Source: Candidatus Zixiibacteriota bacterium (lineage in GTDB: Bacteria > RBG-13-66-14 > B26-G2 > WVWN01). Taken from it: 64,000 nucleotides of DNA. Both the position numbers and the translations under genes were made by a program. Each line of letters opens with the position of its first letter. Position 1 is the stretch's first letter. The notes under the pieces are model-generated. The model saw only the letters and a program-made list of their open reading frames with translations, was not told the DNA's origin and did not search any database. The stretch spans positions 1 to 64,000 of the forward strand of contig JASFLY010000002.1 in assembly GCA_050117845.1 (NCBI GenBank), read 5' to 3'. Below, piece after piece: positions 56,450-64,000 of the stretch.

Positions 56450-56839
56450 CTACTTATATTTATCAAGGAACAGGCGAACCGAGCCGTACCCGACCAGCGC
56501 CAGCGCGGCCGTGACGAACCCCGAGGGCGCGGCTATGCATATTTGCGCCATGCCCGCCGCGGCGAGGGCGGCGCGGGCCAGCGGCGAAGCCCGGCCGCCG
56601 GCGAGGAAGGTGCCGACGCCGATGAACGAACCGCCCAAAGCGACGACCCACCCCAGCGCCGCGACGGCGAATACCGCGATCGTCCAGCCCTGCATAGCCC
56701 GGCCGTTCGGCCGGCTCCGCCCCACCGCAAGCGCCAGCACGAAACCCGCCAGCACGACGAGTACGGCGAGTACGAAGGAGGCGACGGCCACCGTTCCCAC
56801 CGGCCCGGCCAACTTCACCAATTGGGGATACAGGCCCAT
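56450..56839 (-). CDS. Small membrane protein (weak MotA/TolQ/ExbB-like pattern)
   Basis: Three hydrophobic segments; LG..V..GG...LAAAGMA...GF..A..A..GY pattern. Confidence 0.45.
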   Translation of the reverse strand: MGLYPQLVKLAGPVGTVAVASFVLAVLVVLAGFVLALAVGRSRPNGRAMQGWTIAVFAVAALGWVVALGGSFIGVGTFLAGGRASPLARAALAAAGMAQICIAAPSGFVTAALALVGYGSVRLFLDKYK

Positions 56840-56962
56840 ACCGCCGCAACCGTAACATACGGCCGCGGCGGCGACAAGGGCCGGGGCCCGGAAATTCCCC
56901 CTTGCGCAATGACGCCGGCAACCGTATTATACTGCAATCCGCACGTCAGCCAGGAGGCCCCG

Positions 56963-57271
56963 ATGGTTATCGAAATAACGATATATAAGGTGAAACCCGG
57001 CCGGGAGGCCCAGGCGCTCGCGCTCCTCGAAGACCAGGCCGTTCTCAAGCGGCGCCAGGAGGGTTGCCGCGACGCCCGCGTCCTTTCGGCCTCGCGTTCC
57101 GTCGCCAGCCCCTCCACCGACCCGGAACTCATCCTCAGCCTCGCCGAGTTCGACGGCGCCGCGAGTTACGCCGCCTACCGCGAGGTCGCGGACGAGGAGG
57201 AGAAGCAGGCCGGGAAGTCCACCCTCGCCGACGTCCAGGCCGCCCCTCCGACCGTCGGCATCTTCGAGTAG
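56963..57271 (+). CDS. Antibiotic biosynthesis monooxygenase (ABM)-like protein
   Basis: AGGAGG RBS; YKVKPGRE, QEGC, DPE.I...EF ferredoxin-fold pattern. Confidence 0.65.
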   Translation: MVIEITIYKVKPGREAQALALLEDQAVLKRRQEGCRDARVLSASRSVASPSTDPELILSLAEFDGAASYAAYREVADEEEKQAGKSTLADVQAAPPTVGIFE

Positions 57272-57390
57272 GGCCGCGCTTAAGCCCTCGGCTTTCCGCC
57301 CGGGCTCACGTCCGCGACGGCGGGCCGTGATTCCTACCCCTAACAAAAAGCCCGCCTATACGGCGGGTTCTTTCATTTACGGAAACGTAT

Positions 57391-57636
57391 TTAAACACGG
57401 CTAGCGGCCCGGTAGAACTCCTTCTTCGTTATACCGGATTGCCGTAATATCGCCTTTAGTACTTCCCCTCGCGGGCTGAACTCATCGTAGAAAGGAACGG
57501 TGACCAACCGTCTCCGGCCGCGGAAATTGGGGTGTCCGTATTGGGCGTGGTCGCCTTTTTCACGGTCGAATCTAAAACCGTAGTTTTCCGGGACCTTAAT
57601 TACCACTCTCCTCTTAAGAGGATGATACCTCGGCAA
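57391..57636 (-). CDS. HicA-family toxin
   Basis: GF.FDREKGDH..Y.H, VTVP, LKAILRQSGI. Confidence 0.8.
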   Translation of the reverse strand: MPRYHPLKRRVVIKVPENYGFRFDREKGDHAQYGHPNFRGRRRLVTVPFYDEFSPRGEVLKAILRQSGITKKEFYRAASRV

Positions 57637-57946
57637 AAAGTGGTTCCCTCCTGTATCCCTCGGGATCGAACTTTATATCGAACAATAACCCTCTAACCAG
57701 CTTGCGCGTTTTAATAGAAGTATATATTAACCAATACTTGACGGGCGCCTTCCGAGGGAACATCTCATCCTCCGCACCATTTTCGACCATGTAAGACATA
57801 TAGGACATCACTTGGGATTCTATTTGAGCGCGGGCCTCGTCGGCCAAATCGGCCTCGGCGAACAAAGATAAATCGAGGCAAACGCCCACGAAGCGTTTGC
57901 CCTTCGGATAAACGATACACCTTAGGTTATATTTCCCGCTTGCCAC
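57614..57946 (-). CDS. HicB-like antitoxin
   Basis: FVGVCLDL.LFAEAD..DEA...I...V.SY RNase H-like HicB pattern; GAGGAGG RBS; overlaps toxin gene. Confidence 0.72.
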   Translation of the reverse strand: MASGKYNLRCIVYPKGKRFVGVCLDLSLFAEADLADEARAQIESQVMSYMSYMVENGAEDEMFPRKAPVKYWLIYTSIKTRKLVRGLLFDIKFDPEGYRREPLFAEVSSS

Positions 57947-58017
57947 AAGGCCTCCTCATTAATTCTAGTTTATTGTACCCGAAAAAGCAAGGGGATTACC
58001 CATACTACTAACCCACA

Positions 58018-58779
58018 CTAGTAATTCGTAACGAAAAGCTCCCGCCGGGCCGAGGGCTCCCGCTTGCCCCCGGCCTCGACCTTGGCCGCGCAGTACGTCG
58101 GTTCCACTTCCTCGATATTATAATCCGAATATAACTCCCGCACTTCCGGGCGGTCGTTGTAGGAAACGAGCCACCGGCCTGAAAGGCCCGCCAGCGTGTC
58201 GCGCAGACGGCCGTGGTCGGCCGGCGTGAAGTCGCGGCCGTAGTAGCGCTCCGTCCCGACGTACGGCGGGTCGAGGTAAAAGACGGTATCCGGGCCGTCG
58301 TAACGGCGGAGGCAATCGGCGAAGTCCAGATTCTCCACCGTGACCCTGTTCAGCCGGCCCGCCCACGCCCGGAAGTCGTTTCGCATGGAGTACCGGCCCG
58401 CGTACTTCCGGCCGGCGCTGAACCCGCAACCCAACTGCCCCGAAAACGCGTTCTTCACAAGGTAGTAGTACACGGCCGCGGCCTCCACCGGGTCCTTAGG
58501 AAACGGCGCCCGCGAAAACTCGCGGTACAACTCCCGGGATTTCGGGAGGTACTCGAGCGCCCGGGCCAACTTGTCGGGGGTGTCGCGGACGACGCGGTAG
58601 AGGTTCACCAGCCGGCCGTCGAGGTCATTCAATATCTCCACGGGCGCGGCGTTGCGCGCGAAGAGGACCCACGCCGCGCCGGCGAAGACCTCCACATAGC
58701 AGTTCGCGGCGGGCAAGCGGCCGTCTATAGCCCGCGCCAGCCGCGACTTCCCTCCCATATAATTCAGAAAAGACCGCAT
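58018..58779 (-). CDS. DNA adenine methyltransferase (Dam/D12 class), orphan
   Basis: YMGGKS, YVEVFAGAA, EILND, ENLDF, FYLDPPY, VSYND, ELFVTNY. Confidence 0.9.
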   Translation of the reverse strand: MRSFLNYMGGKSRLARAIDGRLPAANCYVEVFAGAAWVLFARNAAPVEILNDLDGRLVNLYRVVRDTPDKLARALEYLPKSRELYREFSRAPFPKDPVEAAAVYYYLVKNAFSGQLGCGFSAGRKYAGRYSMRNDFRAWAGRLNRVTVENLDFADCLRRYDGPDTVFYLDPPYVGTERYYGRDFTPADHGRLRDTLAGLSGRWLVSYNDRPEVRELYSDYNIEEVEPTYCAAKVEAGGKREPSARRELFVTNY

Positions 58780-58780
58780 C

Positions 58781-59440
58781 CTAGAAAACGACGTAGGCCG
58801 AGTACAGCGCGGTCTCGCCGTGGTTGCGCCGGGCCCCGACGGGCCGGACGGTATAATCGTGCCGCGCGGCCAGCCGGGTGACGAAGCCCTCCTGCACTTC
58901 CTCGAGCCGGCCCGCCAGGTCGGCGGGCGGGACCTTCACTTCGTCGTCGCCGAGGAGGTAATAACGGTAAAGGTTGATGGGCGTTCGGCGCCGTAGCGCG
59001 AGCAGGCCGCCGTCGGTCAGAAGAAGGAGAAAAGGGCGCGGCCCCCGGTCGCCGACGGCCTCGAAGAATCGCGTTACCGTTTCGCCCGGCGCGCCGAAAG
59101 CGTCGCAGTCCACGGCGGAGAAGTCCATGTGGCCGAGCAGGTCATCCTCGATGAACTCGGCGTCGGCCTTGTTGTAGAAGCGCACGTTGGAGAACCGGCC
59201 GGCGCGCTTCAACAAGCGCCGGAAGTGCGCCGGGTCCTTCTCGACGGCGACGACCTCCTGATAAGCCCGGGCGTAAATCCGCGACGTAAGGTAGCCCACG
59301 CCCGCGCGCAATTCTATTACTTTGCGGCGGCGCCGGTCCTGCGTCATAGCCTCCCGGCGGAAGGCGAACTTCTCCGGGTTGACGGCGTCGACGTCCCCCT
59401 CCAACGCAAAGCCTTCTTGATATTCGGGCTCCCCTGACAT
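58781..59440 (-). CDS. Divergent SAM-dependent methyltransferase-fold protein
   Basis: VIELRAGVG (motif I), VAVEKD, VDCDAFGAP (DxDPFG-like), LTDG; AGGAGG RBS; abuts the Dam start. Confidence 0.6.
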   Translation of the reverse strand: MSGEPEYQEGFALEGDVDAVNPEKFAFRREAMTQDRRRRKVIELRAGVGYLTSRIYARAYQEVVAVEKDPAHFRRLLKRAGRFSNVRFYNKADAEFIEDDLLGHMDFSAVDCDAFGAPGETVTRFFEAVGDRGPRPFLLLLTDGGLLALRRRTPINLYRYYLLGDDEVKVPPADLAGRLEEVQEGFVTRLAARHDYTVRPVGARRNHGETALYSAYVVF

Positions 59441-59478
59441 ACACTACCTCCTGAACTCGGCACAACGTAAAGGATACT

Positions 59479-60363
59479 ATGGTCGAAATCGTAACCCGGC
59501 CCCGCAAGTCGAAATTCATCCGCTACTTCGACAAGACGCCCCCCGGCATCGTCTGTCCCCACTTCTACATCCTGGCCCACGGGAACGGCTGCATCTACGA
59601 GTGCGCATACTGCTACCTACAGCTTACGTTCCGCGGCCAGGTCCGCCAGACCATTTTCAGCAATACGGACGACCTCCTGCGCGAGGTGGACGAGTTCCTG
59701 GCCCGGCCGGAACCGGCGGTGCTCAACGCCGGCGAGCTCTGCGACTCGCTGGCCGTGGACGACCGCACCGGCCTCACGCGGGAACTGGTTCCGCGTTTCG
59801 CCGACCAGGACCGCCACCTCCTCCTGCTCCTCACAAAATCGGCCAACGTGGATAACCTGTTGGACCTCGAGCACAAAGGCCGGACGGTGGTCTCCTTCTC
59901 GGTGAACGCCGCCGACGTCGCCCGGAAGTACGAGCTCGCCTCGCCGCCTCCCGCCAAGCGGCTGGCCGCGGCGCGCCGCGCGTCCGAGGCCGGGTACCGC
60001 GTCCGCTTCCGCGTCGACCCCATAATCCCCGTGGCCGGGTGGGAGGACTCGTACGGCGAACTCATGGAGGACATACTATCGACGGCGCCGCCGGAGCGTT
60101 TCACTTTGGGTTCCCTCCGTTACTTCCCGAACGTCCGAACCTACGCCCGCAAGTTGGGCCGCGACGTTTCGGTCTTCGATTACGCCGGCGAGCGCACGCC
60201 CGAGGACGGCCGGCGCCGCGTCCCGGCGGGCCGCCGCGTTAAAATTTACCAACATATGATGGGATTGGTCCCGCCGGGCATCGAGGTCGGCCTGTGCAAA
60301 GAGACCGAGACCTGCCACCGGGCGCTGGGGATCAATAATATTGTCTGCAACTGTACCCTCTGA
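59479..60363 (+). CDS. Spore photoproduct lyase-like radical SAM protein
   Basis: GCIYECAYCYLQ, AGELCDSL, LTKS, SFSVNA, KRL.AA, RVDPII, LCKE, C-terminal CNC. Confidence 0.82.
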   Translation: MVEIVTRPRKSKFIRYFDKTPPGIVCPHFYILAHGNGCIYECAYCYLQLTFRGQVRQTIFSNTDDLLREVDEFLARPEPAVLNAGELCDSLAVDDRTGLTRELVPRFADQDRHLLLLLTKSANVDNLLDLEHKGRTVVSFSVNAADVARKYELASPPPAKRLAAARRASEAGYRVRFRVDPIIPVAGWEDSYGELMEDILSTAPPERFTLGSLRYFPNVRTYARKLGRDVSVFDYAGERTPEDGRRRVPAGRRVKIYQHMMGLVPPGIEVGLCKETETCHRALGINNIVCNCTL

Positions 60364-60368
60364 ACTCC

Positions 60369-61079
60369 TTACGGGAAATGCAGGACGACGTCTCCCGCCA
60401 CCCTGTTCTCCGCCACGAACGAAAAGCCGAACGAACCGAACTCGCCGGGCCGCGACCCGGCCAAAAGCGGTCCCACCCGGCGACAGCGCCCCGCCGACAG
60501 CACCATCTCCCGGTCGAACCGCGTACCATCCACGTCACCCAGCTTTAGCGCCGCGAGGAGTCTGAATTCGCCGGGCGTATCGAACGGGTCCAGGACGAGC
60601 GTCCGTCCCCCGGCGTCGGCGTAGAAATAATCCACGTATACGTACGACCCGGCCCGGCCGGCCGAAAACGAGAGCCGGGTACCGTCTATGCAGTAACTGT
60701 CGGACGCCGGGGCCGCGGCGACGCGGCGGAGAGGCCGGTTGTCGTCGCCCACCACCAGCTCGGACAGGGGGACGACGCCCTCGTGGGCCAGCCGAACCTC
60801 GAACGGCTCCCGGGCCGGGACCTCGTACGGCTCGGCCTCGGCCCTAAGCAACGTCCCGACCGCAGCCCTGTCCCCGGTAGCAGCCGTCAAAAGGTCCGCC
60901 GTAAGGTCGTACCAGACGAGCCGGCCACGCAACGGCGTACGGCTCCCCCCCGTCCCCCCCCAATACGTCGTCGTATCGTTCGAAACGTTGAAGCCGAACT
61001 CGACTTCCACGTCAGCGTATTCGGGAAAACGTACGCCGTGGTCGGCGTCGATAACGAGTCCTCTTCCCATTAGCTTCAT
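60369..61079 (-). CDS. Phage major tail tube-like protein with inserted Ig-like domain
   Basis: E...VP..PFEV.L, PLRRVAAAPA..SY...GT.LSF....G.YVYVDY.Y insert and C-terminal EFGSFGFSFVA strand resemble siphovirus tail tubes; ATGA overlap with the upstream gene. Confidence 0.6.
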   Translation of the reverse strand: MKLMGRGLVIDADHGVRFPEYADVEVEFGFNVSNDTTTYWGGTGGSRTPLRGRLVWYDLTADLLTAATGDRAAVGTLLRAEAEPYEVPAREPFEVRLAHEGVVPLSELVVGDDNRPLRRVAAAPASDSYCIDGTRLSFSAGRAGSYVYVDYFYADAGGRTLVLDPFDTPGEFRLLAALKLGDVDGTRFDREMVLSAGRCRRVGPLLAGSRPGEFGSFGFSFVAENRVAGDVVLHFP

Positions 61080-61495
61080 GAAGAACTCCCCGGCCGGGTG
61101 AAGCCCACACGCCATTCGGTACACGCCGCCCCCACGGCTCGCCGCCGGAACGCCCGGCCTTTATCCCGTGTCATATAAACCGTACGTACGTATTCGACCC
61201 GGGGGCGCGCCGCCAAGAGGACTTCTTCCAAATGCTGGGCCCGCCGACGGACGGTTTCCACCGCGCGAACGTCGTCGGCGTAAGTCCAAATTCTCACGGC
61301 GGCGACGCGGCGGGGCCCTTCGGGGTCGGCGACAAAGGCCGAATTCGCCGCTTCCACCGCGAACGCCCCTCCCTCCCCGACGCGGGGCAGGGCGGCCGGG
61401 TCGCCCCGGTACAGCGCCGCCCCGGGGAACTCCCTGAGAATAAGGCCCCGGGCCGTCTCCTCCAACTCTCCCAGATAATCCCGGACTTCGGCCAT
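61076..61495 (-). CDS. Putative tail terminator/completion-like protein
   Basis: 139 aa, position directly upstream of the tube gene, alpha/beta pattern; GGAGGG RBS. The call is mainly positional. Confidence 0.4.
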   Translation of the reverse strand: MAEVRDYLGELEETARGLILREFPGAALYRGDPAALPRVGEGGAFAVEAANSAFVADPEGPRRVAAVRIWTYADDVRAVETVRRRAQHLEEVLLAARPRVEYVRTVYMTRDKGRAFRRRAVGAACTEWRVGFTRPGSSS

Positions 61496-61510
61496 TTCGC
61501 CCCTCCCTCC

Positions 61511-61918
61511 CTAATGAGCCGCGTTCCGTATAAGAACGCGTACGACGCCGGCGGCCGGGATCTCCACTATGGTCCCGGCCAGGACGCCGTTCACGCTCGC
61601 GAGCGCCACCTCGTCGTCTTCCAGAACGAAGGCGGCCGAGCCCAGGTCCGCGAGGCGGGGATACGCCATCGCGACGCGAAAGGACCCGTCCTTCCATACC
61701 CGAATCGACATGTCGCCGTCGGCGCCGTCGCCGTTGTCCGCCCGCTCGTAAGCGAAGCCCACGAACGTAAGGCCCTCCTCGTCGCGCGCGGGCACCGCAT
61801 ATCCGGCTTCGTTAAGGCAAACCATCGCTCCCTTGAAGATAACCGCTCCGCTGGCCAACCGGTAACCTACCAGGATGCCGTCCTTCCGCTCCGTATCGCA
61901 ATCCGCCGTCAACGTCAT
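61511..61918 (-). CDS. Mu-like prophage capsid decoration/cement protein (DUF2190-like)
   Basis: MTLTAD..T.RKDG, IFKGAMV.LN.AGYAVP, FVG.A.E.ADN..GADGD, ADLG..AFV.EDD.V; AAGGAGG RBS (alternative TTG start at 61951). Confidence 0.75.
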   Translation of the reverse strand: MTLTADCDTERKDGILVGYRLASGAVIFKGAMVCLNEAGYAVPARDEEGLTFVGFAYERADNGDGADGDMSIRVWKDGSFRVAMAYPRLADLGSAAFVLEDDEVALASVNGVLAGTIVEIPAAGVVRVLIRNAAH

Positions 61919-62051
61919 GCCTCGACCTCCTTTTAACGCCATCGAGCCCAATCTTCCTCCTTCGTGAAAACGGATACCCCTCGCTAAAAATATAAAGGCC
62001 CGGTTGTAAACCGGGCCCGATTATCTCGGTGCTTAAGTTGTCGGGAGGCCT

Positions 62052-62576
62052 TTACGGCAGGAAACGGAGTGAGGCGACCAGGGCCTCGAAATCCTCCTCC
62101 ACTCGCGGCCATTCGCGCTCCAGGCTTTCAGCGGAGCAGAAGTACACTATCGTGTCGTTGGCTATGGCGTACACGACCGTACGATGGTAGCCGAGTTCGT
62201 CGTAGGTGCTGAACTCCAGGCGGGCCGCCCGGCCGAAGCTGAATTTCTTGTCGCCGAGCGAAATCCGGTCGTAATTCGGCTTCGTTAACTTAAAATTATT
62301 TTTTTCGTTTTTCTCCAATTTATCCTTGATGAAGCCGTAATCGACGTCGAAGCCGTAAATATCGTAATCGGCATAAGTGATGGTAATCGTGGCGTTCAGG
62401 TCGTCGTTCACCAGGCTCGCCGCGACCGGGGCGGTTAACTTCGTATTGACCCGCCACCCCCCGTCGGGCGTCTGGAAAGCCATGCCGGCGTCACGGCAGA
62501 TTACCTCTTCCTGCGACCACACGACGGCGGCAGTAGCGAGAAGCGCGAGGGATAGCATCACTATCGTAGTCTTCAT
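62052..62576 (-). CDS. Secreted PsbP/DUF1795-like protein
   Basis: Signal peptide; F..PD.GW, C-terminal FEALVASLRF. Confidence 0.55.
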   Translation of the reverse strand: MKTTIVMLSLALLATAAVVWSQEEVICRDAGMAFQTPDGGWRVNTKLTAPVAASLVNDDLNATITITYADYDIYGFDVDYGFIKDKLEKNEKNNFKLTKPNYDRISLGDKKFSFGRAARLEFSTYDELGYHRTVVYAIANDTIVYFCSAESLEREWPRVEEDFEALVASLRFLP

Positions 62577-62609
62577 GGTGCCTTCTCCTTCCGACCACCC
62601 TCGCTTATC

Positions 62610-62780
62610 ACTATACTTTATTCAGTCGAATCCGTCAACTTTTATTCGCATTGGTGAAAAGGCCGGCCCTTTCGGAAACGGCTCCGTACAGATATTAGCA
62701 TAAAGAAGGCCGCTGTCAAGACGTCCGGCCGGTTCGGCCGCCAACCCCGCACGTAAGTTATTAAATATCAATCGCTTACG
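62610..62780 (-). promoter_or_regulatory. Tandem sigma70 promoters and 29-bp IHF-like palindrome
   Basis: Minus strand TTGACG-17bp-TATAGT (62610-62638) and TTGACA-16bp-TAATAT (62692-62719); CGTAAGTTATTAAATATCAATCGCTTACG at 62752-62780. Confidence 0.55.
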
Positions 62781-62863
62781 TAAGTCGGCTCGGCGGCGAA
62801 AAGGACAAAAGGCCCCTGGTAGGGGGCCCCCTATCTGCGAACGTCGCAATATTATTAAAACCG

Positions 62864-63142
62864 TTACTTAACGGAATCTTTGAGGCCTTTACCGGCTTTG
62901 AACTTGACGGACTTCTTCTCGGGAATGTAGATAGTCTCGCCCGTCTTGGGATTCCGGCCCATCCGGCCCTTGTTGGTGCGGACCTCAAACGTGCCGAAAG
63001 AAACGATGGATACCTTCTCGCCCTTCTGGAGGCTTTCCTGGATGGTATCGAAGACCATTCCTACGACGCTATCGGCCTTGCTCTTGGGAAGGCTCGCTTT
63101 TTGCGCCACCACGTCCGCTATATCCGATTTGCTTACTGCCAC
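62864..63142 (-). CDS. hup: HU family DNA-binding protein
   Basis: KSDI...VA, GEKV.I..FGTF, GRNPKTGETI.IP, VKFKAGK.LKD.V; GTG start with AGGAGG. Confidence 0.92.
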   Translation of the reverse strand: MAVSKSDIADVVAQKASLPKSKADSVVGMVFDTIQESLQKGEKVSIVSFGTFEVRTNKGRMGRNPKTGETIYIPEKKSVKFKAGKGLKDSVK

Positions 63143-63253
63143 CTCACCGACCTCCTTTCGTAGTTAGGCTATTCGACGCTAACACACAATGTCTTGTGTG
63201 TCAACGAAAAAACGCATACCAGATATAGCGTTTCCGACTCCGAATGGGCGGGC

Positions 63254-63928
63254 TTACGGTTTCCCCTCCGGCTCCGCCGCCAGCCGCTCCTCCGCCATCT
63301 CGCGCCACTCCGCCGGGGCGTCGCGGGCGTCGCGCACCATAATCCACTCGTCCCGAGCCCGCGCCGCGTCCACTTCGTCGAGCGTCAGCGCCAGGTTCAA
63401 ATGGGCGAGCGTGTTGTCCGGTTCGATAACGAGCGCCCGGGCCAACGCCGCCGCGGCGTCCGCGTATTCGCCCGCGCTCCGTAGGGCCGAACCCAAGTAA
63501 ACGTAAGCCTCCGCTTTGTTCGGCGCGAGCGCCGCGGCCCGCCTTAACTCTTCCGCCGCTTCCGAAAACTTTTCCGACCGGGCCAGCGTTACGCCCAGGT
63601 TAAATTGGTAACTGTAATTCCGGGGGTCGAGGTCCGTCGCCCGGCGATACGCCTCGGCCGCCTCTTCGTAGCGCTCCAGTTTATTGAGGTTATTGCCCAG
63701 GCCCATATACGCCTCGGCCAGGTCGGGGGCGAGTTCAATGACGGCGCGATACTCGTCCACCGCCCCCTCGTAATTACCGGCCAGCTCGTGGATCTCGGCC
63801 ATATTCGTATGCTTGGAAATGCTTTGTTTGCGTTTATGCTCGTCGCCGCCGATGATCCAGACGCAGCCGGCCGAGGCGAGCAGAAGGCCGCCCGCGCACG
63901 CCCGAATAATCCATATTCTAATATTCAC
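63254..63928 (-). CDS. TPR lipoprotein
   Basis: SAGC lipobox; canonical 34-aa TPRs (PDLAEAYMGLG, PRNYSYQFNLG, PNKAEAYVYLG, PDNTLAHLNLA). Confidence 0.85.
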   Translation of the reverse strand: MNIRIWIIRACAGGLLLASAGCVWIIGGDEHKRKQSISKHTNMAEIHELAGNYEGAVDEYRAVIELAPDLAEAYMGLGNNLNKLERYEEAAEAYRRATDLDPRNYSYQFNLGVTLARSEKFSEAAEELRRAAALAPNKAEAYVYLGSALRSAGEYADAAAALARALVIEPDNTLAHLNLALTLDEVDAARARDEWIMVRDARDAPAEWREMAEERLAAEPEGKP

Positions 63929-64000
63929 GGCAGTACCACCTTCTACGGTTTAGTCAGCCGCTCCAACCGTTCCCGGGCTTCGCTGACGCGCCGCTTCTCT

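Noticed and set aside
57391..61951. Intact prophage
   Set aside because: Under 5 kb; lacks integrase, replication, terminase, portal, capsid, tape measure and lysis genes.
62674..62686. 13-nt match GGAAACGGCTCCG complementary to part of the ncRNA candidate region (28863-28875)
   Set aside because: A 13-mer match is plausible by chance in 64 kb of GC-rich DNA.
1..64000. Numerous long Arg/Gly/Pro-rich alternative-frame and antisense ORFs (e.g. 12635-13525, 37223-38818, 41209-42297)
   Set aside because: Shadow ORFs expected in high-GC DNA overlapping well-supported genes; no motifs or RBS support.
63943..64000. 3' end of a minus-strand CDS (EKRRVSEARERLERLTKP*)
   Set aside because: Too short to support a call; truncated by the window edge.

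Overview
High-GC bacterial chromosomal window from a diderm organism (beta-barrel OMPs, many lipoproteins, a T9SS-like C-terminal sorting domain suggesting an FCB-superphylum candidate lineage; this taxonomy is inference). It holds about 65 CDS, tRNA-Asn(GTT) and a probable 6S-like ncRNA. Housekeeping genes (thiL, Ca2+/H+ exchanger, HU, DAACS symporter) are mixed with many locally amplified envelope genes: three paralogous barrel proteins, two SIMPL proteins, VOC paralogs, a five-gene mix-and-match propeller/SH3 array, and four 139-aa lipoproteins at an exact 497-bp period. The most notable loci are: (1) 57.4-62.0 kb, hicBA, an orphan Dam-type methylase, a divergent MTase-fold gene, a spore-photoproduct-lyase-like radical SAM and an isolated three-gene phage structural operon (decoration, terminator-like, tail tube) with no other phage genes; (2) an archaeal-type split glutamate synthase headed by an HdrB-HdrC fusion and lacking gltD; (3) a class A beta-lactamase without the canonical Glu166, between perfect 66-bp direct repeats; (4) a GAF-GGDEF-NHL diguanylate cyclase. 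REP-like palindromes, a candidate ECF promoter motif and a 29-bp IHF-like palindrome occur in intergenic DNA. No CRISPR array, rRNA, integrase or transposase was seen. All family calls come from motif recognition by eye, not database searches.
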